This document shows, piece by piece, positions 10,164 to 20,213 of a DNA stretch of 32,000 nt. The DNA lies in contig CAZMZH010000007.1 in NCBI GenBank assembly GCA_964570665.1, forward strand, positions 29,319 to 61,318. The letters are read 5' to 3'. Below the pieces are notes generated by a model. It searched no databases. It saw nothing but the letters and a program-made list of their open reading frames with translations, and was not told where the DNA came from. Both the position numbers and the translations under genes were made by a program. This DNA comes from an uncultured Nitrospinota bacterium (GTDB lineage Bacteria; Nitrospinota; Nitrospinia; Nitrospinales; JAJDAT01). Numbering within the stretch: position 1 is the first letter of the stretch; each line of letters opens with the position of its first letter.

Positions 10164-11387
10164 TTACTGACACAAACTTTTCCCTCCTTCTAGAATAATG
10201 CAGTTGGTAGGATGCCCTCCAATACCATATTTTCTATCAGTTACCAATATCTGATTATTTAATATTCTTGCGCCATCTGTTTTCCCCAAATTTATACCTA
10301 AACCGCCGCTTAAGATGGAAGAGTTTTTTATTGTTGGACGGATTGAATTACGCAAATTAACGGCCCAACCTGATGTAGGTCCCTTAAAAATCTTAAAATT
10401 ATCGAAAACGACTTCTGACACATCATTACGGACGCTAATAGGACTGGAAACCCATGAACCTGTGATTTGCGTTTCCTCTAAATAAGCGCCTTTTCCACCT
10501 TTGACATCAATAGCTAATGTATTTTGGAATCCCTCCCCTCCGTCTATTATATTTTTTTTCGTTTTGACTCTCCCCGAATGGATCCGTATTCCATATTGAT
10601 TGCTATTTGAGAGGTATATCTTATTTTCTTTAATGGAAACATTGTTTGAAGAGTTCCCTACGTTAATTGCGGCTACATGATGATTCAAATGACTTATATT
10701 ATTTTTTTCAATTAAAACCTTGATGCTATTAGAAACTTTTATTCCGCTTTGAACGGTAATAGGGGAATTAAATGCAATTCCCGAGATTTCATTACCTATT
10801 AATCGTACTTCTCGACCAACACTTATATAAATACCATGTTGAGTGGTGTTAATAATTTTATTATTTGAAACTAATATTCCATCACCACTTAAGCCAATAC
10901 CAACTGTTGGCCCACCATCGATAAAGTTTTCCAATATTGAAACGTTAGAAACCTTTTCAAGATAGTTGTCTATTTGAATAGCCGCGCGTCCATGGCCTTT
11001 TCCATTTACAAATACAGGTTTTCCATGATTTACAAAACGAATTCCTTTAATCAATATATTTGAGATAGGAAAACCTTTCTCCGCCTGAATAACCAAAGAT
11101 TGTGAAATACTATCGAATATAATGGTCGAAGCTTTTTTACCAGACCCGATAAAAGAAGTATGGGATGTTTTAATTATTATTGGACGCGAAATTTTATAAT
11201 TACCAGGCGGTAAAAAAATTGTTCCTCCGGACGGAGGAAGAGAATCTAGTGTAGTCTGTATCGCGGTCGTGTCGTTGGTTATTCCATCCCCAATAGCGCC
11301 ATATTTTTGAACATTAAGTTTATCGGCGATAGCATTACCTTCAAAAACCAAAATCAGCCCCAAACAAAACCAAAAATATTTCATCAA
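10164..11387 (-). CDS. Secreted right-handed beta-helix (pectate-lyase-superfamily-like) protein
   Basis: Signal peptide, then LNVQKYGAIGDGITNDTTAIQTTLDSLPPSGGTIFLPPGNYKIS, then beta-helix coil repeats (GILVSNNKIINTTQHGIYISVGREVRLIGNEI...). Confidence 0.85.
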   Translation of the reverse strand: MMKYFWFCLGLILVFEGNAIADKLNVQKYGAIGDGITNDTTAIQTTLDSLPPSGGTIFLPPGNYKISRPIIIKTSHTSFIGSGKKASTIIFDSISQSLVIQAEKGFPISNILIKGIRFVNHGKPVFVNGKGHGRAAIQIDNYLEKVSNVSILENFIDGGPTVGIGLSGDGILVSNNKIINTTQHGIYISVGREVRLIGNEISGIAFNSPITVQSGIKVSNSIKVLIEKNNISHLNHHVAAINVGNSSNNVSIKENKIYLSNSNQYGIRIHSGRVKTKKNIIDGGEGFQNTLAIDVKGGKGAYLEETQITGSWVSSPISVRNDVSEVVFDNFKIFKGPTSGWAVNLRNSIRPTIKNSSILSGGLGINLGKTDGARILNNQILVTDRKYGIGGHPTNCIILEGGKSLCQ

Positions 11388-12112
11388 ATATTTTCTGATT
11401 TAAGCCAGTCCTGATGACACGATCTAATCAAGCCTATAGTTTCCTTAGCAGTTTGGACACATTGAGGAATAAGGAGGTCTTCTTTATTAGCCATTTCCAA
11501 TTCAGGACGCAGCATATATTTTTTACTCCACTCAACTAGATCTTCCCACATGTTTCCCATTAAAATTAAAGGGGTTTTTCGGAGTTTCCTAACTTGCAAA
11601 AGTTGCCAAACCATCATGAGTTCCATGGTTGTTCCTATACCACCGGGTAAGACCACAAATGCCTCGGAGACTAATACAAAATGATGAAGCCGTGAAAAGA
11701 AGGTGCGATGTTCAAAAACTTGTCCCACAAAAGGATTAGTTCCTTGTTCAAAAGGAAGATGAACCCGAATTCCCATAGACCTTTCTTTGGCTTCTGGTCC
11801 TGCCATAGCGGCGCCTTCGTTAGCAGCCTGCATTAAACCGGGGCCACCACCCGTAACAATACCGCAACCCATCTCCGCTAATTCAGTAGCTAAATCTCTA
11901 ACTGCCTCATAAACCCAATGTTCGGGTTGAATCCTCGCCGAACCAAATATTGTAACGTGAAATTCACCACGTTTAGAGGGTTTAAGGCGGGTTAGGTTAT
12001 TGACAACCTCCCAAAGTCTCATAACCGATTCTTCAAGCACCTTAATAGATTCGTCTTCGTCGCCAAGACTAACTTTGTCGTCGGTACCGGGCTGGTTTTT
12101 AGAATCGCTCAT
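11384..12112 (-). CDS. LOG-family protein (Rossmann, PGGxGTxxE), putative nucleotide hydrolase / cytokinin riboside phosphohydrolase-like
   Basis: VTIFGSARI, GIVTGGGPGLMQAANEGA, VVLPGGIGTTMELMMVWQLLQ. Confidence 0.9.
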   Translation of the reverse strand: MSDSKNQPGTDDKVSLGDEDESIKVLEESVMRLWEVVNNLTRLKPSKRGEFHVTIFGSARIQPEHWVYEAVRDLATELAEMGCGIVTGGGPGLMQAANEGAAMAGPEAKERSMGIRVHLPFEQGTNPFVGQVFEHRTFFSRLHHFVLVSEAFVVLPGGIGTTMELMMVWQLLQVRKLRKTPLILMGNMWEDLVEWSKKYMLRPELEMANKEDLLIPQCVQTAKETIGLIRSCHQDWLKSENI

Positions 12113-12432
12113 AGAGTTGTCTCCTCTTTCAATTCAGAAACTATTTTTATATAAAATCAAAGGAAATGTAAATTAATAAATAGATACAACTAAAAGGATC
12201 AAGTAGGCTAAATTTATTTCCATATATACTATAATAATTAAGGTTCTAGAAAGAACATCAACAAAACTAAAATTTAATTGATGGCAAAGAATTCCCTAGA
12301 TCCAATAATAAATAACTAAATTAAACTCTCCTTCCAATGAGTGACTCAACTTAATAAAATTAAAAATGGATGGCGCTGAAAGTTTTACTGGGTGGCGTGG
12401 GTCGCTTTGAAAGTTTTCTTAAAGATGCTTTT

Positions 12433-13152
12433 TTATGAGAAGGCTTCTTCGTCGACAAATAGATGACAGTTGGAATGTTTCCATAAAGAAGAAACCGGTA
12501 CGGACGGATTAAAGCTTTTATTAGTTAACAGTTCTTTAATAATGGGTTTTTTCTTTAGTCCCGACGCTATTAGTATTATGACTCCGGTCTCTAAAATTTG
12601 TTTTAAACCTAAGGTGATTCCTTGGGTTAATTTTTGCTCAGTTTCAAAATATTTTTGACCAACATTTTGAGTGATTTCATCCAAAGAGACTAATCTGGCA
12701 ACTGATTCTAATGAGGAACCCGGTTCGTTAAAACCAATATGTCCGTTTACGCCAATTCCTAATAAAGCCAGATTAATAGGTCCATTATTTTCTATAAAAT
12801 TGTTTAATTGTTCGCATTGTTTAGAATAATCATTGCCTTTACCCTCAAAAAAATGAATCTTGGATTCTTTAATATTCAACGGTCGATACAAATCGCGATT
12901 TAAAGTAAAACGACAACTTCCAGAATCTTCGTCATTCAATCCCACCCATTCGTCTAAACCAACAAAATTGGCTTGATTGAAAACACCTCTACCTGATTGG
13001 TCCAATTTTACTAAGTTTTTATAGACTCCGGTTGGGGTATCGCCTCCAGCAAAACATAATAATGGAGCGGATAGTTCTTTAATTTCATCGACAATAAAGT
13101 TCGCGACTTTATTGCAAAGTTCTATATAATTTTTAGAGACAATAATTTGCAT
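12433..13152 (-). CDS. nagB: Glucosamine-6-phosphate deaminase
   Basis: FAGGDTPTGVYKNL, FVGLDEWVGL, LLGIGVNGHIGFNEPGS, ITLGLKQIL. Confidence 0.88.
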   Translation of the reverse strand: MQIIVSKNYIELCNKVANFIVDEIKELSAPLLCFAGGDTPTGVYKNLVKLDQSGRGVFNQANFVGLDEWVGLNDEDSGSCRFTLNRDLYRPLNIKESKIHFFEGKGNDYSKQCEQLNNFIENNGPINLALLGIGVNGHIGFNEPGSSLESVARLVSLDEITQNVGQKYFETEQKLTQGITLGLKQILETGVIILIASGLKKKPIIKELLTNKSFNPSVPVSSLWKHSNCHLFVDEEAFS

Positions 13153-13154
13153 AC

Positions 13155-14069
13155 TTATGTTTTTAGAAAACCTCCTAGGTTTTTCAAATTATCTAGCATT
13201 TTTTCTTCTGAAGAAATAACTGCGGCCCCTAAAGCGCTGGCGCGCTCGCCTAACTGGGAAAACTCAATTTTATTGGGGACAGGTGTCATTTTAGCTAATT
13301 TCTCTTTAATCGTTTCTATATAAGGTTCTAAAGGTTTAGATAAACCTCCACCCAATATAACCTTCTCAGGGTTTAATAAACAAACTGCGTTCGCAATCAT
13401 TATAGATAGATCAATTGAAAACTCTTCAAATGTTTCTAATGCTGATTTATCATTACTACCAAGTTTTTCAAAAAATTTCTCTGACGAAAAAAATCGATTC
13501 CTCAAAGCGGTTCCAGAAATCTTATTTTCTGAAGTTCCAAATTGACTCGGAAGATTTAGTTTCCCTTTTTTATAATCGTCTTTATCCAATTGATAACCTA
13601 TTTCACCAGCCATATTATTGGCCCCATGAATTATATTGCCCCCGACCATCAAAGCGCCTCCCAAACCCGTCCCTATAGAAATAAAAAAAACAGGATCGCA
13701 ATTTTGAGCGGCCCCCATTTTCCGCTCGGCAATTAAAGCGCAATTTACGTCATTCTCAATAAATAGTGGGAAAGAAAAATGAGGTTTTAAATTAGAAATC
13801 AAATCAAACAGCTTCCATCCTAAAGCCGGCGCGTCAACTACTTTATTTGTGGAGGGTTCTATAGCGCTAGCCACTCCTAATCCCAAACCGCCCACGTCAT
13901 TTACCGTAATTTTCAATTCGCCAATAGCTTCTTTAATAAGCGCTATTAAATACTTCCAGTCTTTTGACGAAGGAATTTTTTTTTCATAGACTCTATTCTG
14001 ATTAGAATCTAAAACGATCAATAATGTTTTAGTCCCGCCGATATCAATACCTATCCCATAATTTTCCAT
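13155..14069 (-). CDS. ROK-family sugar kinase
   Basis: YGIGIDIGGTKTLLIVLDSN, FIENDVNCALIAE, ISIGTGLGGALMVGG, GEIGY, KVILGGGLSKP. The canonical ROK Zn cysteine cluster is absent. Confidence 0.88.
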   Translation of the reverse strand: MENYGIGIDIGGTKTLLIVLDSNQNRVYEKKIPSSKDWKYLIALIKEAIGELKITVNDVGGLGLGVASAIEPSTNKVVDAPALGWKLFDLISNLKPHFSFPLFIENDVNCALIAERKMGAAQNCDPVFFISIGTGLGGALMVGGNIIHGANNMAGEIGYQLDKDDYKKGKLNLPSQFGTSENKISGTALRNRFFSSEKFFEKLGSNDKSALETFEEFSIDLSIMIANAVCLLNPEKVILGGGLSKPLEPYIETIKEKLAKMTPVPNKIEFSQLGERASALGAAVISSEEKMLDNLKNLGGFLKT

Positions 14070-14071
14070 AA

Positions 14072-15028
14072 TCAGCGTCTTTTCCTGGCATAAGAATCTA
14101 AACCTACCGCAACTAAAATAATTGCGCCTTTAATAATCAGCTGAGAATAAACGGGAATTCCCATTAAATTAAAAGTGTTACCAATCACTGCAAGCAGCAA
14201 GACTCCAATTAAAGTTTTAAAAACAGACCCTTGGCCGCCGGAAACGCTGGTGCCTCCGATAACCACCGCAGCAATAGCGTCCAACTCATATCCTTGGCCA
14301 GCTAAAGGAGATACCGACAGTAATCGAGATGCGTATACAATTCCGGCAACTGCCGCTAAAGCTCCGCCAATAACAAACGTCAAGATTTGAAACTTATCGA
14401 CGGATACTCCAGAATAACGCGCCGCTTCTTTATTCCCGCCAATAGCGCATATATATCGTCCATAACGAGTTTTAACTAAAAACCACTGCCCTATTATTAT
14501 GGCCAAAAATAAAAGAATTACTGGAAATGGTATAAAACCAAAATTTCCTTGGCCAATAAATGTAAATCCTTCCGATGCGCCTTCTACTAAAGTAAAGGGA
14601 TAGCCATCGGAATATAAATAAACCAACCCGCGAACAACGCTCATCATTGCCAAGGTAACTATAATGGACGGTATACCAACGGTTACAGATAATAATCCAT
14701 TACATAGTCCAATAACAGCTCCTACAATTACCACAATGATACAGGCAAAAGCCCAATGCATCGAATATTGTAATCCTAAAGTCAATGCTCCACATAATGC
14801 CAAAACCGATCCTACGGAAATATCAAATCCGGCTCCAATAATGATGAAAGTTGCGCCCACAGCAATGATTCCAATAATCGAACTTTGCCTTAAAATGTTA
14901 AATATATTCTCGGTCGATAAAAAATTTGGAGCCATGAAGGACAATCCTCCACAGAACACTATAAATATGGTCAATATTAAATGATTTTCTAAGACTTCAT
15001 TTAGAAGGTTTTTCAATTTGGAATTCAT
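14072..15028 (-). CDS. Ribose-type sugar ABC transporter permease (RbsC family)
   Basis: GIIAVGATFIIIGAGFDISVGSVLAL, YAIGGNKEAARYSGV, RLLSVSPLAGQGYELDAIAAVVIGGTSVSGGQG. Confidence 0.95.
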   Translation of the reverse strand: MNSKLKNLLNEVLENHLILTIFIVFCGGLSFMAPNFLSTENIFNILRQSSIIGIIAVGATFIIIGAGFDISVGSVLALCGALTLGLQYSMHWAFACIIVVIVGAVIGLCNGLLSVTVGIPSIIVTLAMMSVVRGLVYLYSDGYPFTLVEGASEGFTFIGQGNFGFIPFPVILLFLAIIIGQWFLVKTRYGRYICAIGGNKEAARYSGVSVDKFQILTFVIGGALAAVAGIVYASRLLSVSPLAGQGYELDAIAAVVIGGTSVSGGQGSVFKTLIGVLLLAVIGNTFNLMGIPVYSQLIIKGAIILVAVGLDSYARKRR

Positions 15029-15032
15029 TTAT

Positions 15033-16541
15033 TTATGGGTTCTCAACTTTTTCCGAATTAAAAATTAATTGCATCATTTTTTCGACACTTTCAGTAGGTT
15101 CAACCTCTCCCGTTAGTTGTCCGCCATGTAATAATAATATTCGGTCTGCGGCTAACTTCACTTCATTAAAGTCTGAGCTTAGATATAATACGGCGCAACC
15201 ATCGCTTGCCAGTTTTTTAACAATACTTATTATTTCTTGTCTAGCTTTAACGTCCATTCCTTTGGTGGGTTCGTCAAGAATGAGTAATTTAGGTTGGCGA
15301 TGCAGCCATTTGGAAACGACAACCTTCTGTTGATTGCCTCCGCTAAGCGTTCGAACTTTTTTGGAAGGCGTTCCTCCTCGAAAATTCATATTAGATAATA
15401 GTTTTTCCGAAACGCTAATTTCTTTATGTTGGATCAAACCAAACGCGCCAAGAAAACTCGGTAAATTGGTTAACGTAATATTTTTATAAATCTCAAAATC
15501 AAGATAGAGTCCCTGAGTTTTACGGTCTTCCGGCAATAAATAAATTCCTTCTTTAATGGCATCGTTAGGTTCGTTAGGTCTATAAGGAGTTCCATTAAAA
15601 AATAATTCTCCTTCGTCGAAATCCTCCAATCCAAATATTACTTTTGCCAATTCCGTTTTTCCGGCGCCAATCAACCCCGTTAGCCCTACCACTTCTCCTG
15701 AGTGCACTTCAAAGGATAATTTATTTAATATTCCCTCCACGCTAAGTTCTGAAAGTTTTAGGACAGGAGAACCGGTTACCGCCTTTTTCTCTGTAGTAAC
15801 ATTTATCTTTATAGACTCTCCCACCATCATGGTAATCACCTCGTCAAATGTACTGTTAGATGTTTGGGAAGTGAAAACATTTTGACCGTCTCTCAACACG
15901 GTTATCCTATCGGACACCTTAAATATTTCTTCTAATTTATGCGAAATATAAAGAACGCTTACATTTTTGGATTTTAAATTTTGAATGATTTTTAGCAACT
16001 GTTCCGTATCCATAGGGGATAAAGAATCGGTGGGTTCGTCCATAACAATAAATCGAGACTGTTTTGTTAACGCTTTAATAATTTCAACAAGCTTTTGATT
16101 AGCGGCGCTCAAGTTGCTAACTATCATATTGGGTTTCAGATGAATCCCAATATCCATGCAGTTTTTTTTAAATTGACCCAACATGGCCTGTTCGTCCAAA
16201 AGACCGAATGACTTTAAGATCTCTGCGCCTAAATAAACATTTTGCAAAACCGTTAATTGTGGAACAAGGCTTGTCTCTTGGAACATCGCGGAAATACCGT
16301 CTTTATACGCGGCATTTGGGGAAGAGTAATTTTTTAATTTTCCGTCAAACCAAATCTCGCCTGTATCTGCCGATTCAACACCTAAGATAATTTTGACCAA
16401 AGTCGATTTTCCAGCCCCATTTTCTCCTAAAAGAGCCAACGTTTCTCCTTGTCTAACTTCTAAATCCACTTGGCTTAAAGCTTTATTTCCTCCAAATGAT
16501 TTGGAAACCTGTTTGATCTCTAAGATATTTGGGTTATTCAA
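15033..16541 (-). CDS. Ribose-type sugar ABC transporter ATPase with two ABC domains (RbsA family)
   Basis: GENGAGKSTLVKI; second ABC half with GLIGAGKTELAKVIFG, LPEDRKTQGLY, LSGGNQQKVVVSKWL, LILDEPTKGMDVKAR. Confidence 0.96.
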   Translation of the reverse strand: MNNPNILEIKQVSKSFGGNKALSQVDLEVRQGETLALLGENGAGKSTLVKIILGVESADTGEIWFDGKLKNYSSPNAAYKDGISAMFQETSLVPQLTVLQNVYLGAEILKSFGLLDEQAMLGQFKKNCMDIGIHLKPNMIVSNLSAANQKLVEIIKALTKQSRFIVMDEPTDSLSPMDTEQLLKIIQNLKSKNVSVLYISHKLEEIFKVSDRITVLRDGQNVFTSQTSNSTFDEVITMMVGESIKINVTTEKKAVTGSPVLKLSELSVEGILNKLSFEVHSGEVVGLTGLIGAGKTELAKVIFGLEDFDEGELFFNGTPYRPNEPNDAIKEGIYLLPEDRKTQGLYLDFEIYKNITLTNLPSFLGAFGLIQHKEISVSEKLLSNMNFRGGTPSKKVRTLSGGNQQKVVVSKWLHRQPKLLILDEPTKGMDVKARQEIISIVKKLASDGCAVLYLSSDFNEVKLAADRILLLHGGQLTGEVEPTESVEKMMQLIFNSEKVENP

Positions 16542-16553
16542 AATATATTTCGC

Positions 16554-17510
16554 CTATAATTCCGCTTCATAACGATTAACGTTTTGTTGATTTACAATCG
16601 TAGGAACAATTTCAACAAATTTTGGTATTTCTCTTTTATTAAGGAAAAGTCCCGCGGTTTCTACCGCTTTATAACCTTCCTCTTTGATTGAAAAATAAGT
16701 AGACATAGCAACTTCGCCTGATTTTAAATAAGGAATGAGTTCTCTAGAATACTCCAAGCCGAAAACCTTAACGCCCAATGTCTTTTTTTCTTTTAAAGCC
16801 ATGGCCGCCGCTATGGCCCCCGTCCACCATTGCGCCACAACCACATCGAATTTTTTACCGGTTTGCAAGAAATCCTGAACGCCATTCAATGCCCCTTCTT
16901 TGGTCCAACCTGGCACAAAATGATTAAAAATAATTTCCCAATTATTGTGTTTTTGCATTACCTCCATAAAACCTTTTTCACGCATTCTTTGGGCAGAAGT
17001 TCCGGGAGCTCCCTGCACTAAAACAATTTTTACCGACATATCTTTTGTTATCCCGTCGACCATTTCGCCTAATAGGACTCCACTCTTTACTTCGTCCCGG
17101 CCAATGTGGGCGATTACCCCTTCATACAACCCATGTGGATCTTCCCCAATCGTATTTGAAAAAGTCATTAAGGGAATGCCCGCCTTCTTGGTTAAAGGAA
17201 CGGCTCTCTGTAAGGCCAGATTATCCACCGAACACAAAAGTATGAGATCGACCTTGCGGGCAATGAAATTTTCGACTTGAGCCAATTGTTTTGCGGGTTC
17301 CCATTCCGCATCAGCGTATATAAGATTTAAATCAAACTGTTTAGCGGCTTCGTTTAACCCTTTTTTCTGAACGGCAAAAAATTCCACAGTACCGGGGATT
17401 AATACGGCAACTTGAAATTTCGAATTATCGGAATTACTGGAAGGTTTTGTCCAAAAAATCAACGCAAACAAAAAGGCAATCGTTATAAAAGCAATGGGCA
17501 AATTTTTCAT
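16554..17510 (-). CDS. Periplasmic sugar-binding protein (RbsB/PBP1 family)
   Basis: N-terminal signal/anchor; VAVLIPGTVEFFAVQKKGLNEAAKQF..., HIGRDEVKSGVLLGE, VLVQGAPGTSAQRMREKGF; adjacent to rbsA/rbsC-like genes. Confidence 0.9.
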   Translation of the reverse strand: MKNLPIAFITIAFLFALIFWTKPSSNSDNSKFQVAVLIPGTVEFFAVQKKGLNEAAKQFDLNLIYADAEWEPAKQLAQVENFIARKVDLILLCSVDNLALQRAVPLTKKAGIPLMTFSNTIGEDPHGLYEGVIAHIGRDEVKSGVLLGEMVDGITKDMSVKIVLVQGAPGTSAQRMREKGFMEVMQKHNNWEIIFNHFVPGWTKEGALNGVQDFLQTGKKFDVVVAQWWTGAIAAAMALKEKKTLGVKVFGLEYSRELIPYLKSGEVAMSTYFSIKEEGYKAVETAGLFLNKREIPKFVEIVPTIVNQQNVNRYEAEL

Positions 17511-17697
17511 AATACAGAACGGAAAACTTGTGGTGTGCTAAATAAAATAAGAACTGAGGCTGAGCAAACCCTATCGCTTGTCATTCTGACAAGCCGCTTT
17601 AGCGGTGAGGAAGAATCTCGCCCCGATTCAACTAATTGTCACAGTGAGCTGGTCGAACTGCGACAACTTCACTCAAACTTTATGACCACAAATTTTT

Positions 17698-18924
17698 TTA
17701 AACCTTAAATAATTCGTTTTTTGCCGCAAGCATATTCTTGAATGGAGTCAGGCAATAATCCCACGAAAGAATAACGCCTTCTGCCCCGCTTTCCATGGCG
17801 CACTGAACTCCTCTACGTATTTTTTCTTCCGATTCGGTACGAAGACAATTGATTCCAGGATAAATAGGTTTACCGGATAGTTCCCGCGCAAGTTTTACTC
17901 CCTCGCCTATTTCTTCAGGACTTAACGGTACATCATACGTGCAGGAATAAAACATGGGTTTAATCCAATCGCAATACTTGGAGAGTTCGCTAAATTGAGT
18001 CTGATATTTCCAATCGTCCTTAGCGCCATAAATATCCAGACCTACCTGATATTTACGTTGTTTAGACTTTATCCTTTCGTAAAGTCTTTGATGCAATCGC
18101 GTCATAATCGAGGACCGAAATCGTAGCCAATCCAAATATTCTGGAACGGATAAAAGAAACCGAATCGCCTCGTCGGCGGTTTTCATTTTTTCTACTTTGT
18201 GAGGAATGAAACCTAATGCGATCCCTTTCAATAACCCTTCCTTTACTCGGTTAACGTCAATTCCTTTGGACTGAGCTTCTGCGACACAAACGGAACAGAA
18301 ACAACTTAAACCCATTTCAGGATTAGCAAAGCTAGGAATTCCAAGAGTATCGGCAAGTTCGTCGGTTAATGATTGAAACCCAAACAAGGAATAGTGATCC
18401 AATAAGGCGAAACAATAACCATCTAACTCGTATTGATCGTCTAAATGATCGATCAAGCTATCGTAAAAATGAATAACGTCAGGTTGATTATGGCAAAGTG
18501 TTTTTGGAACGCTTTGGCCGTTAACCGTTTTCATATTCAATGTAGGATATCGGTCCACTTCCGGAAAACGATGCAAAATTAACGCATATACCTGAATATC
18601 AAATTTCTTGGCGGCTTCCGCTACTTCGCGAAACAAATCTCTTTCATTTAGAATAGAAATTTTGGTTTTAACAGGTTTGATCTGAGTATTTTGATAAAAT
18701 TCTAAACGCGGATCGCAATTAAACCCGTCGCAATCGTAGTTTTCATCAGTCGAGTTAGGTAAAGGACCCCATGTTTTCGTCGACTGAAAATCAATATGAG
18801 AAGCTAACAACAAAGTGTTGACTCCTCCTTTTTCAACCATATTTTTTAGCGCGTTATCTATTCCCTCATAAATAAACTGAGAAAAATAAAAAGCCTGCGC
18901 GCCTATAACAAGGGGTTGGCCCAT
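17698..18924 (-). CDS. Putative TIM-barrel glycoside-hydrolase-like protein, cytosolic, function unknown
   Basis: 408 aa with no signal peptide. WIKPMFYSCTYDVPLSPEEIGEGV...GKPIYPGINCL...GAEGVILSWDYC resembles the C-terminal strands of a (beta/alpha)8 glycosidase-like fold. Located upstream of, and codirectional with, the sugar ABC genes. Confidence 0.55.
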   Translation of the reverse strand: MGQPLVIGAQAFYFSQFIYEGIDNALKNMVEKGGVNTLLLASHIDFQSTKTWGPLPNSTDENYDCDGFNCDPRLEFYQNTQIKPVKTKISILNERDLFREVAEAAKKFDIQVYALILHRFPEVDRYPTLNMKTVNGQSVPKTLCHNQPDVIHFYDSLIDHLDDQYELDGYCFALLDHYSLFGFQSLTDELADTLGIPSFANPEMGLSCFCSVCVAEAQSKGIDVNRVKEGLLKGIALGFIPHKVEKMKTADEAIRFLLSVPEYLDWLRFRSSIMTRLHQRLYERIKSKQRKYQVGLDIYGAKDDWKYQTQFSELSKYCDWIKPMFYSCTYDVPLSPEEIGEGVKLARELSGKPIYPGINCLRTESEEKIRRGVQCAMESGAEGVILSWDYCLTPFKNMLAAKNELFKV

Positions 18925-19091
18925 GATTCTATCTTACCTTCCATAAAAATTATCCTTTTTCAAAACCAGGTCAATTCTACAATATATTAAGGAAATAATG
19001 TGAACGGGAATAAATAACGAAGAATTAAACTATATTTAAAGGTAAAGTTAATTGTTTAAAGAAGAATTTCCTTATATTGAATTATTCATTT

Positions 19092-20057
19092 TCAAAGAGA
19101 CACTCCTTGATTTTCGGCCGCATATGCTTGAAGGAAAAAAATCACCGTTTCATGTCCCTTTTTTAGAGCGTAATCTAAAGCGGTAAATCCCGCCTTTGTT
19201 TTGATATTTAAATTAGCCTCGTTAGTTATCAACCGCTTGACCGTTTTATCATGTCCATTAATAGCCGCAATATGCAATGGAGTGAAACCTTTATTTGTCT
19301 TTACGTTTACGTCAGAACCGTGTTCGACAAACCATTCGATCAAATCATAGTGTCCTCTTTCAGCGGCCATGTATATAGGAGTGTAACCGCCCTTGGCTTT
19401 CTGGTTTAGTCGAGCGCCCTTCCTCGCCAAAAGTTCAATGATTTCTTTATAACCATCTAAAGCGGCTAAATGCATTGGGGTGTAATTTCCATTGTTTTTT
19501 GAATTAACATCGGCTCCTTCTTCAATCAACTTTTCCGCTAACTTTATATGCCCTCCCTTAACTGCGTAATGCAAGGGCGTACCTATCTTATCGCTCACTG
19601 CATTTAACTCGCTACCTCTTTCAATTAGCACTTCAACAACTGAATTTTGCCCCAAACTTGCCGCCATGTGTAAAGGCGTAATCCCTTCAAGAGTTTTTGC
19701 GTTTAGATTGCAACCTTTATTAATCAGCAGCATTGCAATAGATTCTTGATCGTTATTTATTGCAATATGAAGAGGTGAAAATCCGCTTTTACTTTGCGTA
19801 TTAATGTCTGCGCCGTTTTCAATGAGTTTTTCGGCGACGCCTAAATGTCCGTTAAATGCCGCAAAATGCAAAGGAGTGAACCCCTCTTTGTTTACTTCGC
19901 TAATTTTCTCCCCTTGTGCGATCAATTGCCGAACTGGGTAAAAATCTCCAATTGTCGCCGCATCATGAAGAGGGCTAGCCCACGCAGATTTAACCATTGA
20001 GACAAAAATGCACGCAACCAGCGGGAAATAGATCCAAAATTTAAAAAACCTTGTCAT
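19092..20057 (-). CDS. Secreted ankyrin-repeat protein
   Basis: Signal peptide ending near SAWAS, then about 9 consecutive ANK repeats (GFTPLHFAAFNGHLGVAEKLIENGADIN and others) covering nearly the whole mature protein. Confidence 0.93.
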   Translation of the reverse strand: MTRFFKFWIYFPLVACIFVSMVKSAWASPLHDAATIGDFYPVRQLIAQGEKISEVNKEGFTPLHFAAFNGHLGVAEKLIENGADINTQSKSGFSPLHIAINNDQESIAMLLINKGCNLNAKTLEGITPLHMAASLGQNSVVEVLIERGSELNAVSDKIGTPLHYAVKGGHIKLAEKLIEEGADVNSKNNGNYTPMHLAALDGYKEIIELLARKGARLNQKAKGGYTPIYMAAERGHYDLIEWFVEHGSDVNVKTNKGFTPLHIAAINGHDKTVKRLITNEANLNIKTKAGFTALDYALKKGHETVIFFLQAYAAENQGVSL

Positions 20058-20213
20058 TACGGTTTCCTAAAAAATATCTGAATAGTTGTAAAAAAAATCA
20101 CTTTCACACGGGATCAATTCTACAATAATTTTAGACCGTATGGGATTGCTTTAATGATAGAAAGAGGAAGGAAATACTAATTTATATTAATAGCGCTAAT
20201 TCAAAAATTATTC

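Noticed and set aside
14175-14984. Plus-strand ORFs inside the permease gene, Thr/Pro/Ile-rich
   Set aside because: Antisense shadows of a hydrophobic membrane protein gene.
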